From Rebecca billardiae RCC1528 (lineage: Eukaryota > Protista > Haptophyta), in assembly GCA_965240325.2 (NCBI GenBank), contig OZ251239.1:806001-870000 (forward strand): 64,000 nt of DNA, read 5' to 3'. A program made the position numbers and the translations under genes. The notes beneath the pieces were generated by a model. The model searched no databases. It was not told the DNA's origin and saw nothing but the letters and a program-made list of their open reading frames with translations. This document shows, piece by piece, positions 1 to 10,830 of the stretch (the first letter of the stretch is position 1; each line of letters begins with the position of its first letter).

Positions 1-2248
1 CGGGCGGATGCTGCCGCGCGGGCTGCCGGTGCTGGCGAAGCTGCTGCAGAGCCCGCCGCCGCACTGCGACGTGCGCGTGCCCGCGCCGGAGCTGCCCCCC
101 GACCTGCCGCGCATCTCGCCGGAGGACGTGGCGAGCGCGGGCGCGCTCGCGGGCGACGCGGACGGCGCCGAGCACGGCGCGGCCGGCGCGGGCGCGCTCG
201 TCGCCATGGCCGCCGGCGGTGCGGACGCGCCGGCGGTGGCGCACACCGGGCTGGAGGCGCGGCTACGCGTGCTGCAGACGGAGAACGCCAGGCTCCGCGC
301 CGAGATGGCCTTCCGCGCCATCGCCACGCCCGGCGCGACCACGGGGGCGCTCGGCCTCGAGAGCGCGCCGCTGCCGGCGCCGCCCGCTTCGGCCGCGCAG
401 CACGACGGCAGCCGCTCGCCCGCAGGGCCGGCGGACGCGGCGGGAGTCGGGGGCGAAGGGGCGGACGCGCGGCCGGTGCTGCCGCCGCGCGCGCACTCGA
501 CCCCCGCGGTGCCCTCCTCCTCCGCCGCCGCCGCAGCCGCCGCCGCAGCCGCCGCGGCCGCCGCCGACGCGGGCGCGGCCGGCCCCGCGGCCGCGGAGCG
601 CGCGCTGCATGCGCTGCGGCTGCAGCACAGCTACTCGGCCGAGCTGCAGCGGCGGCTGGAGGAGCAGGAGGCGCAGGTGCGCAAGTACGAGGAGAGGATC
701 GCGCAGCTCGAGGCGGCGCTCTCGCCGCCCGCGCCCGCGCTCGCCACCGTCGACGCGCCGCCGCGCGCCCACGCCGCGCAGCAGCTCGAGCCGCCCTCGG
801 CCGCGCCCGCGCTCTCGCCGCGCGCGGCCGCGCCGCCGTCGCCCGCCGAGGGCGCGGCCGCCGCGGCTGCGTCGGCGTCCAGCGGTGGGGGCGCGGATGG
901 CGGCAGCGCGCTGAGCTCGCTGGCCGTCGTCGCGCCGGCCGCGCCGGCCGCGCTCGGCGCGTGCGACCTCGGCGACGTGTCCGTCGCGCGCACCACCTCC
1001 GCGGGGAGCGAGCTGTCCTCAGCTGCAGGCGCCTCAGCGAGCGCGGTCGTCGCCGCGCTGAGCGCCGCGCCTGCGGCGGCGGCGGCGGAGGCGGCTCTGA
1101 CCGCCGCGGCGCCGGCTGCGGCCGCGCTCGGCGCCGCAGTGGATGCGGTGCCCGGCGCCGCGCAGCCCGCGGGCGCGGCCGTGGCCCTCCCGGCCGCCGG
1201 CAGCCCAGGCAGCCCAGGCAGCCCAGGCAGCGCGTGCGCCCCATCCGCCGCCGCTCGCGCCTCGAGCGCATCGGCGCCCTCGCCGCCGCCGCCGCCGGCT
1301 GCGAGCGCCGAGCGCGCGGCCGGCGCGGCGTCGGAGGGCGGCGGCGCGCCGCGCGCGCTGCGCGTGCTCAGGCAGGGCATCGCGGAGGTGCGCGCGCGCC
1401 GCACGCGCGGCGGGGGCGGGGGCCGCCGATGCGCGCGTGTGCGCCGTCGCCGATCGCGCCCGCTCACGCCGAGCCGCGCGCCCCACGCGCCTTGCAGGCG
1501 CGCCGCTGCCTCCCGCCGAGCCCAAGCCAGGCGGATGCGCACGGCGCGGCGGCGAGCGCGCCCGCGGCCAGCGGCGCCGCGCCTGCGGACGCGGACGCGC
1601 AGGCTGTGGACGCGCTGCTCTCCTCGGCGCGGCAGGCGGCGCGCGCCAACATGACGCTCGGGCGCGCGCTGCAGCAGACGCGCGCGCTCGCGCAGTCGCG
1701 CATCGCGTACACCTCGATCGAGCCGGGCGCGCGGGTCCTCTTCGTCGCAGCGCCAAGCACGGTGTGGCGCGCGGCGCGGCGCGCGGCGGGGGCGGCGCGC
1801 GCGTGCGCCGGGGGCGGCCGGGCGGTGCGCGGTGCTGACCGCGCGCCAGCCCCCCCGCGCGCTCGCGCAGGCGCCGCGCGCGGACGCGCCGGCCGGCGCG
1901 TCCGGCTGCTTCGTCGCGTACACCAAGGGGCTGCCCAACCGGTTCCTGGCGCCCGCGTGCGTGCACGCCTTCTTCAGGGGCGCGGCTGCGGCGGCGGCTG
2001 CGCACGCGGGGGCAGAGGGGGGCGCGGCGCAGGGCGGCGCGGGCGCGGAGTCGGCCGAGCCCGGCGCCGAGCCCGCGGGCGCAGCGAGCGCAGCGACCGG
2101 CGCGGGCGCCGGTGGCAAGTGGCTGGTCGGCGAGGTGCGCCGCGTCGACGGCCCGCTGGTCGCGGCGGAGAGCAGCGAGGAGGCCGCGCTGCTCAACCTG
2201 CTCCCGGGCGCGCAGTACTGGCTGCTCACGGCTGAGCCCGTCGGGTAG
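1..2248 (+). CDS. ATG11: ATG11/RB1CC1(FIP200)-like autophagy scaffold, 3' part (probably begins upstream of the window); introns about 1388-1497 and 1762-1870
   Basis: Coiled-coil segments (LEARLRVLQTENARLRAE, ELQRRLEEQEAQVRKYEERIAQLEAAL). The spliced C-terminus RIAYTSIEPGARVLFV...CFVAYTKGLPNRFL...WLVGEV...LNLLPGAQYWLLTAE resembles the ATG11 C-terminal (Claw) domain. GT..AG introns join three ORF frames. Confidence 0.7.
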
Positions 2249-2357
2249 CAGCTGCCATCACCCGTGGCAGCTCGCGCGCCAGGCTCCCGCATCGGCCCAT
2301 CGCCGCCGTCGCTACGCACGAGTATGACTGTATGTAGGATGACGATGATATGACGAA

Positions 2358-2402
2358 TGTTACAGCATCTGTCACAGTGGCACTGTGACAGATGCTGTAA
2401 CA
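2358..2402. repeat. Perfect 45-bp hairpin (22-bp arms, 1-nt loop)
   Basis: TGTTACAGCATCTGTCACAGTG-G-CACTGTGACAGATGCTGTAACA. Confidence 0.95.
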
Positions 2403-2821
2403 ATAGCAGTCATGATGATACAATATACATACCACAGTAAGTAATAAGAAATCGATTTTCGGCGTTATTCACCGTAACCCGTCCGCTGCACAGTGATACA
2501 CAGTCGGCAAGTCCAACTACTACTAACTTACATTCGGCCACAACATCATCCACCAGCTGCTGACCAAGAACAGGCCACACCATCGTCCACCATGACCTGC
2601 CACTGACCAAGTAGGCGACGACATCATCCGCACCAGCTGCTGACCAAGTAGGGGACGGCCTGGCCGACGCCAACATGCTCACTCGCCTTTGATTTCGTAC
2701 CCATGCACTTCCTGGTGGGCCTGACGACGTCCGGACGACGACAACAACGACATCCGCCATGGGGACCAACATCAACGCGCTCACACCACTGCAACTGCTG
2801 CAAGCTTCGACCAGTACCACT

Positions 2822-2880
2822 ACAGACGAATCAGGAGAGCTGCGCCCTCGTGCCTGTGTCTTTAAATCATAGAATTAGTC
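2822..2880 (+). repeat. 59-bp dispersed repeat identical to 38232-38290 (probable mobile-element end)
   Basis: ACAGACGAATCAGGAGAGCTGCGCCCTCGTGCCTGTGTCTTTAAATCATAGAATTAGTC occurs at both loci. Confidence 0.9.
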
Positions 2881-2988
2881 AGCTACACTGACTGTCAGTC
2901 TGTCACCGAGTCAGATGCCGTGCTTGACTGCTTGATCGCTCATCGCCTTGATGGTCCGTGCATCTGGACTCTTCCATCCTGATGAGCG

Positions 2989-3885
2989 ATGGTGGCCCGC
3001 GTGGCGCTCACAGTGGGGCGACGATGCGTCGAGCTGTGGCGCACGTCCTGCTGCGTCACGTCGCCACCCGGCGCGGCCGGGCAGACGCATGACGTGCTCA
3101 TCAATTCAGCAAATCAGCAGCTCGTCGGCACCAAGCTGCCCTACTTCCCCCGCGGCGGGCCCGTCCCGGACACGAGCGTGGCGGCTGGCAGCCCAGAGGC
3201 GGTCCAGCGCGACTGGGTACCTCCTGGCTTCGTCTCGCGCTGGGGCGGGATGGAGATCGGCGCGAAGATGCTCTACCCGGTGCAGGTCGTCGACGGCATG
3301 GTGGGGATCCTCGGCGGCGCCGAGCTGCGCCGCGCGTGCAGCCGGCTGCCGACAGTCTCGGCCGACGGCGCGCGGTGTGCGATCGGCGAGGCGGTCAGTA
3401 CGCCCGCCTTCGGCAAGCTGAGGCAGTACTACGCGCGCATCGTGCACACGGTCGCGCCGTTTCACACCCGGGCCGACAAGACGCCCACGCCCGACTGGGC
3501 TCTCCTGCTCGAGCGCTGCTGGCACTCGTCTCTCGCCCAGGCGTCGGATGCGCAGACCATCGTCGCGCCACTGCTCGGCGCGGGCGCGCGGGGCGCGCCC
3601 TTGCGAGACGCGGCCACAGTCGCTGCGCGGGCCACCGTCGGGTGGCTTACGGAAGAGGCTGCTGCGCCGGGCGCACCATCCGCGCAGCTGCTTCGCATCG
3701 TGGTGCAGCGCGAGACGGCGTTGGAAGAGATGGCTGCCGCTCTGCGGGCGGAGGCGAGCAGTGTCTCCAGCGCCGGTGACCTTGGCGTGAGCCTCAAGGT
3801 CATGGACGCTGCAGAGGCTGGGCCTGCCACAGGGGTGGACTCCACCTTCCCCGGCTGGCCGAGATTCGAGAGAGTCAAGCAGTGA
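2989..3885 (+). CDS. Macrodomain protein (ADP-ribose binding / YmdB-MacroD-like)
   Basis: Motifs DVLINSAN, VDGMV..LGGAELRRAC, IGEAVSTPAFG, IVHTVAP, LLERCWHSSL, IVAPLLGAGARG follow macrodomain order; single exon. Confidence 0.8.
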   Translation: MVARVALTVGRRCVELWRTSCCVTSPPGAAGQTHDVLINSANQQLVGTKLPYFPRGGPVPDTSVAAGSPEAVQRDWVPPGFVSRWGGMEIGAKMLYPVQVVDGMVGILGGAELRRACSRLPTVSADGARCAIGEAVSTPAFGKLRQYYARIVHTVAPFHTRADKTPTPDWALLLERCWHSSLAQASDAQTIVAPLLGAGARGAPLRDAATVAARATVGWLTEEAAAPGAPSAQLLRIVVQRETALEEMAAALRAEASSVSSAGDLGVSLKVMDAAEAGPATGVDSTFPGWPRFERVKQ

Positions 3886-4256
3886 GGAGCAGAGCAGACG
3901 ATATCAGCATCGTCGCGTCGCGTCGCGATGTCGCAGCTGCTAGTATATATATGACGACGAAGTAGTGGCCAGTTCCGAGACCGAAGTCGGAAGTGGCGTC
4001 AAGTGGCCGGGCCGCGTGAAACAGCATCCGGTGTCTGGCGGGCGGTGACCGGTCGTCGTCTGAGGTCAGAGGTGAAACTGCTGATTGATGATACACTGAC
4101 CAGGCTGCTGCTTCTGGCAGCACACTACTCAAAGCATCATCGACTGTACTGCCACCGTGACGAGTCGGCGACGTGCACACTTGGTTAAGGCGTGAACGGC
4201 GTCACTGCGCACCGCAGCGCCTGCGCACGGCAGTCAGCTGCCGCACGGTGCCCTGC

Positions 4257-5090
4257 TCAAGGTATGCTTGCGGGCAGCATGTCCGATGGGCGGACAGCAG
4301 CGCTGCTGGTGGGCACGTCTCCAGCCACGTCACACACGGGTGGCACGGTACCCGCCTCCGTCCTCGGCGAAGGCGATGATCCCGTCGCGCCAACGCCTTT
4401 GCTGATCTGCCCGGTGGCGATCTGCTGCGCGAGCGACCTCGCAGCATACGCGTACCAGCCCGCCAGCGCAGCATACACGACGTAGGGCACGATGACGTAG
4501 GGGATCCAGAAGATGGCGGCGCTTCCGGCCGCAGACACCATGATGATCACCTCCACGAGCGTCCAGAGTCCACTCGCCACGATCAGCCCAACCGACGCTC
4601 GCCAGAGGACACGGATCTTGTTGGACTGGTACCGATGGATCCCGATCAGGCCCCACACGGCGGCGACGAGCTGCGCCGCGCAGACAGCGACGTCGAGCAC
4701 GCTACCCGCGATGGCGCTTGCATCCGCGTGGTATAGCACGTTGGAGGCGATGCCCACGACAGACATGACTGCGTACACAGCGAGGTACACGATGAACACC
4801 CCTGTCCAGACGCGCATTCCTTGGTGCAGCTCGCAGCAACAGCACTCCTCAGGCGGGCACCCGCCGCGCAGGCGAAGGGCGAGGTGCAGCGTCGACGCGT
4901 GCTGGATGTGGTAGTCGCCTATGCTGCGCCAACCAGAGAGCTGCTTGCCCGCAAAGATGAGGCGCTGGTCGTCGAGAGGGATGGCCACGCGCTCGAGAAT
5001 CTTCACCTTGAGGGTGTCGACAGAGTCAGTGGGCGTGACGCCACCGATGACGATCGTCTGGCTCGCGTACGTTCTCACGAAGACTTGCAT
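4257..5090 (-). CDS. Ubiquitin-like domain fused to a Cys-rich, four-transmembrane protein
   Basis: MQVFVRT...[11 protein letters not shown]...[12 protein letters not shown], then CPPEECCCC and four hydrophobic segments. Confidence 0.85.
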   Translation of the reverse strand: MQVFVRTYASQTIVIGGVTPTDSVDTLKVKILERVAIPLDDQRLIFAGKQLSGWRSIGDYHIQHASTLHLALRLRGGCPPEECCCCELHQGMRVWTGVFIVYLAVYAVMSVVGIASNVLYHADASAIAGSVLDVAVCAAQLVAAVWGLIGIHRYQSNKIRVLWRASVGLIVASGLWTLVEVIIMVSAAGSAAIFWIPYVIVPYVVYAALAGWYAYAARSLAQQIATGQISKGVGATGSSPSPRTEAGTVPPVCDVAGDVPTSSAAVRPSDMLPASIP

Positions 5091-5358
5091 GGCCGCAGAG
5101 CTGCGCCACGGCGGACCCCGATGATCGGTGTGCGCGCGTCGCTCGTGCCCAGCTGTTGGACGCCGAGCCGTGCATCCGCGGCTTTGGCTTTTGTCGCGGC
5201 GGCGATCGGGATCTCGTCAGCCGAAACCGAGGTCGGCCCCAATATGGTGCACTTATTAGCCCGTTATCTAGTTAGCTGAATAGCCGTCGGATCTGGTGAG
5301 CAGATCCCGAGGCGAATCAAAGAGCGACCGGTCGCTTGTCCGGGTCGCGCGCCCAACA

Positions 5359-6270
5359 TCATGTCGAGGCCGGCGCAGCAGCAGCCGCCACAGCAGTCTC
5401 AGCAGCAGCGGCAGGTTGACATCGGAGCTCAGCGCCGTCGACGGCCAGTGCAGAGGCCGAGGGTGCGAAAGCCGGCTTGGCCACCAGCTCGGGCCTCGCC
5501 GCCGAAGACCCTGGGGGGCCGCGGTAGGTGCGCCCGCTGGCATCGAGCCCGCGCGTGGTGCGGCAGAAGGCGAACGCGCCGTGCTCGTAGCTCCCCCTCG
5601 CCATGTGCACAACAATCTTGGCCGTGTTGCGCGAGTCGACGAGGCCATTGTGCGCACGCCCATCGAACGTCAGGCCCAGCCGCTCGACGCAGGCCTGCAG
5701 CCCGCCCGTCGGCTCAGTCTTGAAGTGGCGCTTGTACAGCAGCCGTAGGTCGACCCAGGACGCGAAACAAGCTGGCACGTCCAGGCCCTTGGTCCGGGCC
5801 TCCGTCGCGAGCTGCGAGCCGACGTCGGCATCGCTCCAGGTGCAGATGGCCCAGTGGCCGAGCTTGGCGCCCTCCGGCGAGGCCAGCCCGTGCGAGGCGA
5901 GCCATCCGAGGTAGGATGCCATCGCCGCCTTGAGCGGCGGCGCGGCGTCAATGTCGGCTTGCCGGATGCCAGTCAGCTGCGCCGAGAAGGGCGTGAGCGT
6001 CGGATTGAAAGTCGGCCGGACGAAGGTGTCAAACTCGTCGACGATGCGCGAGTCGCGCCCGGCGAGGCGGACGAGCACCGACGGGAACTGCAGGATCTCG
6101 GCGCACGGCTCCATGCGCCGCCGGTTGTCTGCCGTCCACTCAAAGTCGAGCACGACGAGGTGCTCGAACGGCGGGACGGGCTTGTCCAAGCCCTTGTGCC
6201 GCTTGCGCGGGGCAATGTCGCGTGCGCTCGGCGGTCGAAGGCTGCCCCAGCCAGGCCGAGCTGACGCCAT
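5359..6270 (-). CDS. ERI1-family DEDDh 3'-5' exoribonuclease
   Basis: LVVLDFEWT, EILQFP, FDTFVRP, LTGIRQADID, TWSDADV, WVDLR, GRAHNGLVDSRNTA. The likely start is MASARPG at 6270; the longer ORF runs into a transposon TIR. Confidence 0.88.
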   Translation of the reverse strand: MASARPGWGSLRPPSARDIAPRKRHKGLDKPVPPFEHLVVLDFEWTADNRRRMEPCAEILQFPSVLVRLAGRDSRIVDEFDTFVRPTFNPTLTPFSAQLTGIRQADIDAAPPLKAAMASYLGWLASHGLASPEGAKLGHWAICTWSDADVGSQLATEARTKGLDVPACFASWVDLRLLYKRHFKTEPTGGLQACVERLGLTFDGRAHNGLVDSRNTAKIVVHMARGSYEHGAFAFCRTTRGLDASGRTYRGPPGSSAARPELVAKPAFAPSASALAVDGAELRCQPAAAAETAVAAAAAPAST

Positions 6271-6380
6271 CGTCGAGCGTGCGATGAAGGATGGCGCGGA
6301 ACCTGCCACCGTGAGCCTTACCGCCTTACGCACGTTAAAACAAATAAACTGTTGGTGCACCGGATCCACAACCAGGGACA

Positions 6381-9300
6381 GTGGGCGCACGGTCGGACTC
6401 GGCAAGTTCGTGCGTGCTCCGCACTGGGACGCACGAACTTCCCCGAGCACGCACGAACTTCCAAGTTCGTGCGTGCGCCGCCAGTGGCGCCGCCCGTTGG
6501 CGCTGGCCCGTGCGTGCGCGAGCGCCCGCCTCGCGTCGCGCGTCCTGCGCGCAGAGCGCGCGCTCGGCCGCGTGCGACGCGGCGGAGTCGAGGCTGACAT
6601 GCATATAGCCCTCCTCGCGCCGCGCAACGCCGCCCATGCGCATCTCCGCTCGCACGCGCAGGCCTGCCGCGCACGGCGTGGGCTTGTCAGCACCGGCTGG
6701 CGGCGGCGCGCGGGGCCGAGAGCTCGGCCGGTGTTGCGCCCCTCGGCCCGGCCGAGACCTGGCGGAGACGTGGGTAGTGCTATCACCTGCCCGCATCCCG
6801 GGCCTCGCCGTCAGAGTGTACGCGCGAGGCGCGCTGTCATGGTCGGCAGGTGAGGCGCCGCGTGCGGCGCCCTCGAGTGGGCAGCCGGGACGTACCGGCA
6901 GGCGCGCGCGCACACAGCGGGGCTGTCGAGCTGCTTCCGGCTTGGTAGATCGACGGTGCGTGTCCGGACCCTGGTCTGGGAGGCCTGCGCCGGTTCGGAG
7001 GCCGGTGAATGCTCGGCGCGGACCCAGATGTCGTGCCGGGCACGGCGGCGCGACAGCTCGGCAGCCAGTCTCGAGGATGAGTGGCAGAGCACTTGCCGTC
7101 GTGCTGGCGGGCTCAACCACCGGGCTGATGGCCACGCCTCGGCCGAGACACGAACAGCCCGCGCGTCGTCCGTGGCCACCTGCTGCCGTCGACCATCCGC
7201 CTGAGGCCCGCGGCTGACGGACCGCGCTGTCCCGGGATACTCCGAGCTAGCGGCACGTGGCAGGCTGCAGGGTCGTAGTGGCAGCGGACGCGCTGCATCA
7301 GCGCGAGAAGGCTGAGTTCGTGTGGGAGATCGTCACCAGGTCTGGTAGAGTCTCATGAGCTGACGTAGCTTCACGGGCCGTAGGCTGCTCGTCATTCGTC
7401 CTGCAGCGGCCCGGGGCCGGCGCGGCGGGCGGCATCAGGCTCAGCTTACGAGTCATCGGCTGACTTGCCACTTAGCATTCCTTGCTGATTATTGTGCCCA
7501 TGCGGCTGTGAGCGCACGGCCAGCCGGCGGGCAGCCAACGGCAGCGACCTGAGACGGCTGGACATACATCTCCCCTCTGCGCGTGTCAGCAAGACGTGTG
7601 CGTGCTCACTGCCACCATCACCGACTCACCAACATTATCACGCGTGTAGAAGGTGGCTCCACAAAGCTGGACGAGACTGCGCGTACTCAGCTTCTCCACG
7701 TCAGTTCCGATCGGCATGAGCAGTGCTTGCGCTTGTGATGCGGACCAGTTGCACGCATGCAGTGTGAGCCGGGGATGCTCCCTGCGGGAACTAGCCGTTA
7801 TGCTGTCGCCTCGACTTCGCAGCAGTCAGTAGCACTGCTTGCGGTCGGACACTGACGATGGCTCATGTCCAGCAACGCATGGCGACGGCTGACGATACTG
7901 TTATACTGTAGGGCGATGATCGTAGTGCTGTCTCGCGATCATCACGGATCAGCATGATCGGCCAGGTCAGCAGACGCTTGTCCAACTTAACAGCGGGGTG
8001 GGCAGGACGCAAGCTGAGTGGCCGGTGACGAACTGTGAGTCGCGATGATGACATCTCATGCTGCTGGTCAGTGCAATGACTTGATCGATCCTGCGCCGCG
8101 ACGGCGGCAGGTCGGATGACGATGACTGCGTCCAGCAGCAGCCTACAGTCGCTGAGTAGTCTAAGTCAGCTCATTGAACTCGACCAGAGTCGGCAGCAAC
8201 GATTATCTCTCTCACAGACTCAGCCTTCCCAAGGTGACGCAGCGCGCCAGCAGATTCCTGCTTCATGTCTGGTCATCGGCGCCGCCCGAGCTTCGCCGAG
8301 TGGGTGGCCTGTCCGTGTGGCCAACCTGGCGGCAGAGCTTGGCCGCACTATGTCACCGCCAAGCTTCGACCGAGGGCGACTGTATCGCAGCGAGCCCACC
8401 GCTGCACTACCACCCTAGCCACCTCACGGCCCGTTTCCGTCGGGACCTTCGAGCCCGCCCCTGACTTAGGGACCATCACATCACCGCCACAACGCGCAGC
8501 GTGAGGCGCGAGCCTGCCGCCACCATTGCCGCTACCGCTCCCGCCGCCGATCTCGCCACCGTCACCGCCTACATTAACGCCTACATCACCGCCAGCAAGC
8601 CCGCCGCCGAGTCCGCAGCCGTCGTTGCCCACATCACCGCCAGCAAGCCCGCTACAATCACCGCCGCCATCAGCACTGCCGCCGACCCCGCCGCCGAAAT
8701 CGCTGCCGAGCCCCCCACTGCCGCAGCCTGCGCCGCCACCGCCAAGCCGGCATCCGATCCCACCACCTAATCTGCCACCGTCGCCACCGCCGAGCTCGCC
8801 GCCGAGCCCACCGCCATCACCGGCACCAAACCCGCACGCCTCGCCGCTGCGGACCACCCGCGGTCAAGCCCACCTCAGCCGCTTCCGCCGCCGAACACGC
8901 CTCCATCCCCACCATCCTCGCCGCAGCCGAGCCCGCCCGGCCCCGGCAGCCTGCTCCTCTGGACGCTCCGAGCGGCCCGTCAGCCGCGGGCCTCAGGCGG
9001 ATGGTCGACGGCAGCAGGTGGCTACGGACGACGCGCGGGCTGTTCGTGTCTCGGCCGAGGCGTGGCCATCAGCCCGGTGGTTGAGCCCGCCAGCACGACG
9101 GCAAGTGCTCTGCCACTCATCCTCGAGACTGGCTGCCGAGCTGTCGCGCCGCCGTGCCCGGCACGACATCTGGGTCCGCGCCGAGCATTCACCGGCCTCC
9201 GAACCGGCGCAGGCCTCCCAGACCAGGGTCCGGACACGCACCGTCGATCTACCAAGCCGGAAGCAGCTCGACAGCCCCGCTGTGTGCGCGCGCGCCTGCC

Positions 9301-9816
9301 GGTACGTCCCGGCTGCCCACTCGAGGGCGCCGCACGCGGCGCCTCACCTGCCGACCATGACAGCGCGCCTCGCGCGTACACTCTGACGGCGAGGCCCGGG
9401 ATGCGGGCAGGTGATAGCACTACCCACGTCTCCGCCAGGTCTCGGCCGGGCCGAGGGGCGCAACACCGGCCGAGCTCTCGGCCCCGCGCGCCGCCGCCAG
9501 CCGGTGCTGACAAGCCCACGCCGTGCGCGGCAGGCCTGCGCGTGCGAGCGGAGATGCGCATGGGCGGCGTTGCGCGGCGCGAGGAGGGCTATATGCATGT
9601 CAGCCTCGACTCCGCCGCGTCGCACGCGGCCGAGCGCGCGCTCTGCGCGCAGGACGCGCGACGCGAGGCGGGCGCTCGCGCACGCACGGGCCAGCGCCAA
9701 CGGGCGGCGCCACTGGCGGCGCACGCACGAACTTGGAAGTTCGTGCGTGCTCGGGGAAGTTCGTGCGTCCCAGTGCGGAGCACGCACGAACTTGCCGAGT
9801 CCGACCGTGCGCCCAC
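6381..9816. mobile_element. Non-autonomous foldback element with 840-bp terminal inverted repeats and 5-bp TSD (GGACA)
   Basis: 6381-7220 is the reverse complement of 8977-9816 (colinear, one mismatch noticed). GGACA at 6376-6380 and 9817-9821. Subterminal GCACGAACTT repeats; no transposase seen. Confidence 0.9.
8520..8850 (+). pseudogene. Pro/Ser-rich (SPPP/PPSPP) coding-like fragment inside the foldback element
   Basis: Translates PLPPPISPPSPPTLTPTSPPASPPPSPQ...; no ATG start. Confidence 0.4.
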
Positions 9817-9857
9817 GGACAGGACTCGCCTGATGAAAAAGGTTTGAGCCGAGGACA

Positions 9858-10781
9858 ATGGCGGCAAAAGCCCTGCGCCAGCTGCTCGTGCGAGCGAGTG
9901 ACGAGAAGTCTGTGCTGCTGCTCCCGTGCGCGTACGATGGTCTAAGCATGCGGAGCATCACGCGGGCCGGCTTCGACGCCGCGTTCATGTCCGGCTTCGG
10001 TGTCGCGGCGGTGAGTGGCGTGCCGGACACGGGGCTGCTCGGCTATGCCGAGATGGTGCAAGCGGCGCGCACCGTCTGTGGCGCAACGCACCTGCCGGTG
10101 ATCTGCGACGCGGACACGGGCTACGGGAACGCCATCAACGCCAAGCGCACGATCCGTGGCTTCGCCGACGCGGGCGCCGCCGCGGTGATGATCGAGGACC
10201 AGGTCGCACCGAAGCGGTGCGGCCACACGAGAGGGAAGGCTGTCGTGGATCGAGCGGAGGCCGTCATGCGCGTCCAGGCCGCGTGCGACGCGCGCGACGA
10301 GCTCGGGCCGCGTGGGCCGCTCGTGATGGCGCGCACGGACGCGCGCGCCGTCGCCGGCCTCGACGAGGCCATCCAGCGCTGCCTCGAATTCGTGGAGGCG
10401 GGCGCGGACATGACGTTCCTCGAGGCGCCGACGAGCCGGGACGAGATGCGCGCCTACTGCGAGGCGGTGCAGGGCCCAAAGATGGCGAACATGCTGGAGC
10501 ACGGCGCGACGCCCATCCTCCCGCCGGACGAGCTGGCCGGGCTGGGCTACACGATGGCCGCGTACCCGCTCACGCTGCTGAGCGCGCAGATTCGCGCGTA
10601 CGACCGCGTGCTCGCGGCCATCAAGGCGGGCAAGCCCCCGTCCGAGGCGCACGACGCCCTCAACTTCGCCGATGTGCAGGCCGCCGTCGGCTTTCCGGAG
10701 TACTATGAGGAGGAGGCGAGGTACGCGACGGCCCGTGGAGGGTCCCAGGCTGCCCCTGAAGGCGCTACAGACCGCTTGTGA
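9858..10781 (+). CDS. Isocitrate lyase/PEP mutase superfamily enzyme (2,3-dimethylmalate lyase/CPEP mutase-like)
   Basis: AYDGLS, FMSGFGVA, PDTGL, CDADTGYG, IEDQVAPKRCGH, ARTDA, FLEAP, KMANMLEHG motifs. Confidence 0.92.
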   Translation: MAAKALRQLLVRASDEKSVLLLPCAYDGLSMRSITRAGFDAAFMSGFGVAAVSGVPDTGLLGYAEMVQAARTVCGATHLPVICDADTGYGNAINAKRTIRGFADAGAAAVMIEDQVAPKRCGHTRGKAVVDRAEAVMRVQAACDARDELGPRGPLVMARTDARAVAGLDEAIQRCLEFVEAGADMTFLEAPTSRDEMRAYCEAVQGPKMANMLEHGATPILPPDELAGLGYTMAAYPLTLLSAQIRAYDRVLAAIKAGKPPSEAHDALNFADVQAAVGFPEYYEEEARYATARGGSQAAPEGATDRL

Positions 10782-10830
10782 CGGCTGGCACGGCTCCTCC
10801 GAGGCAGTAGTGCGGGTGCTCAGTGACAGT

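Noticed and set aside
6335-7217. Duplicated protein-coding genes at 6.3-7.2 kb and 9.0-9.8 kb
   Set aside because: The identical ORFs simply reflect the two TIR arms
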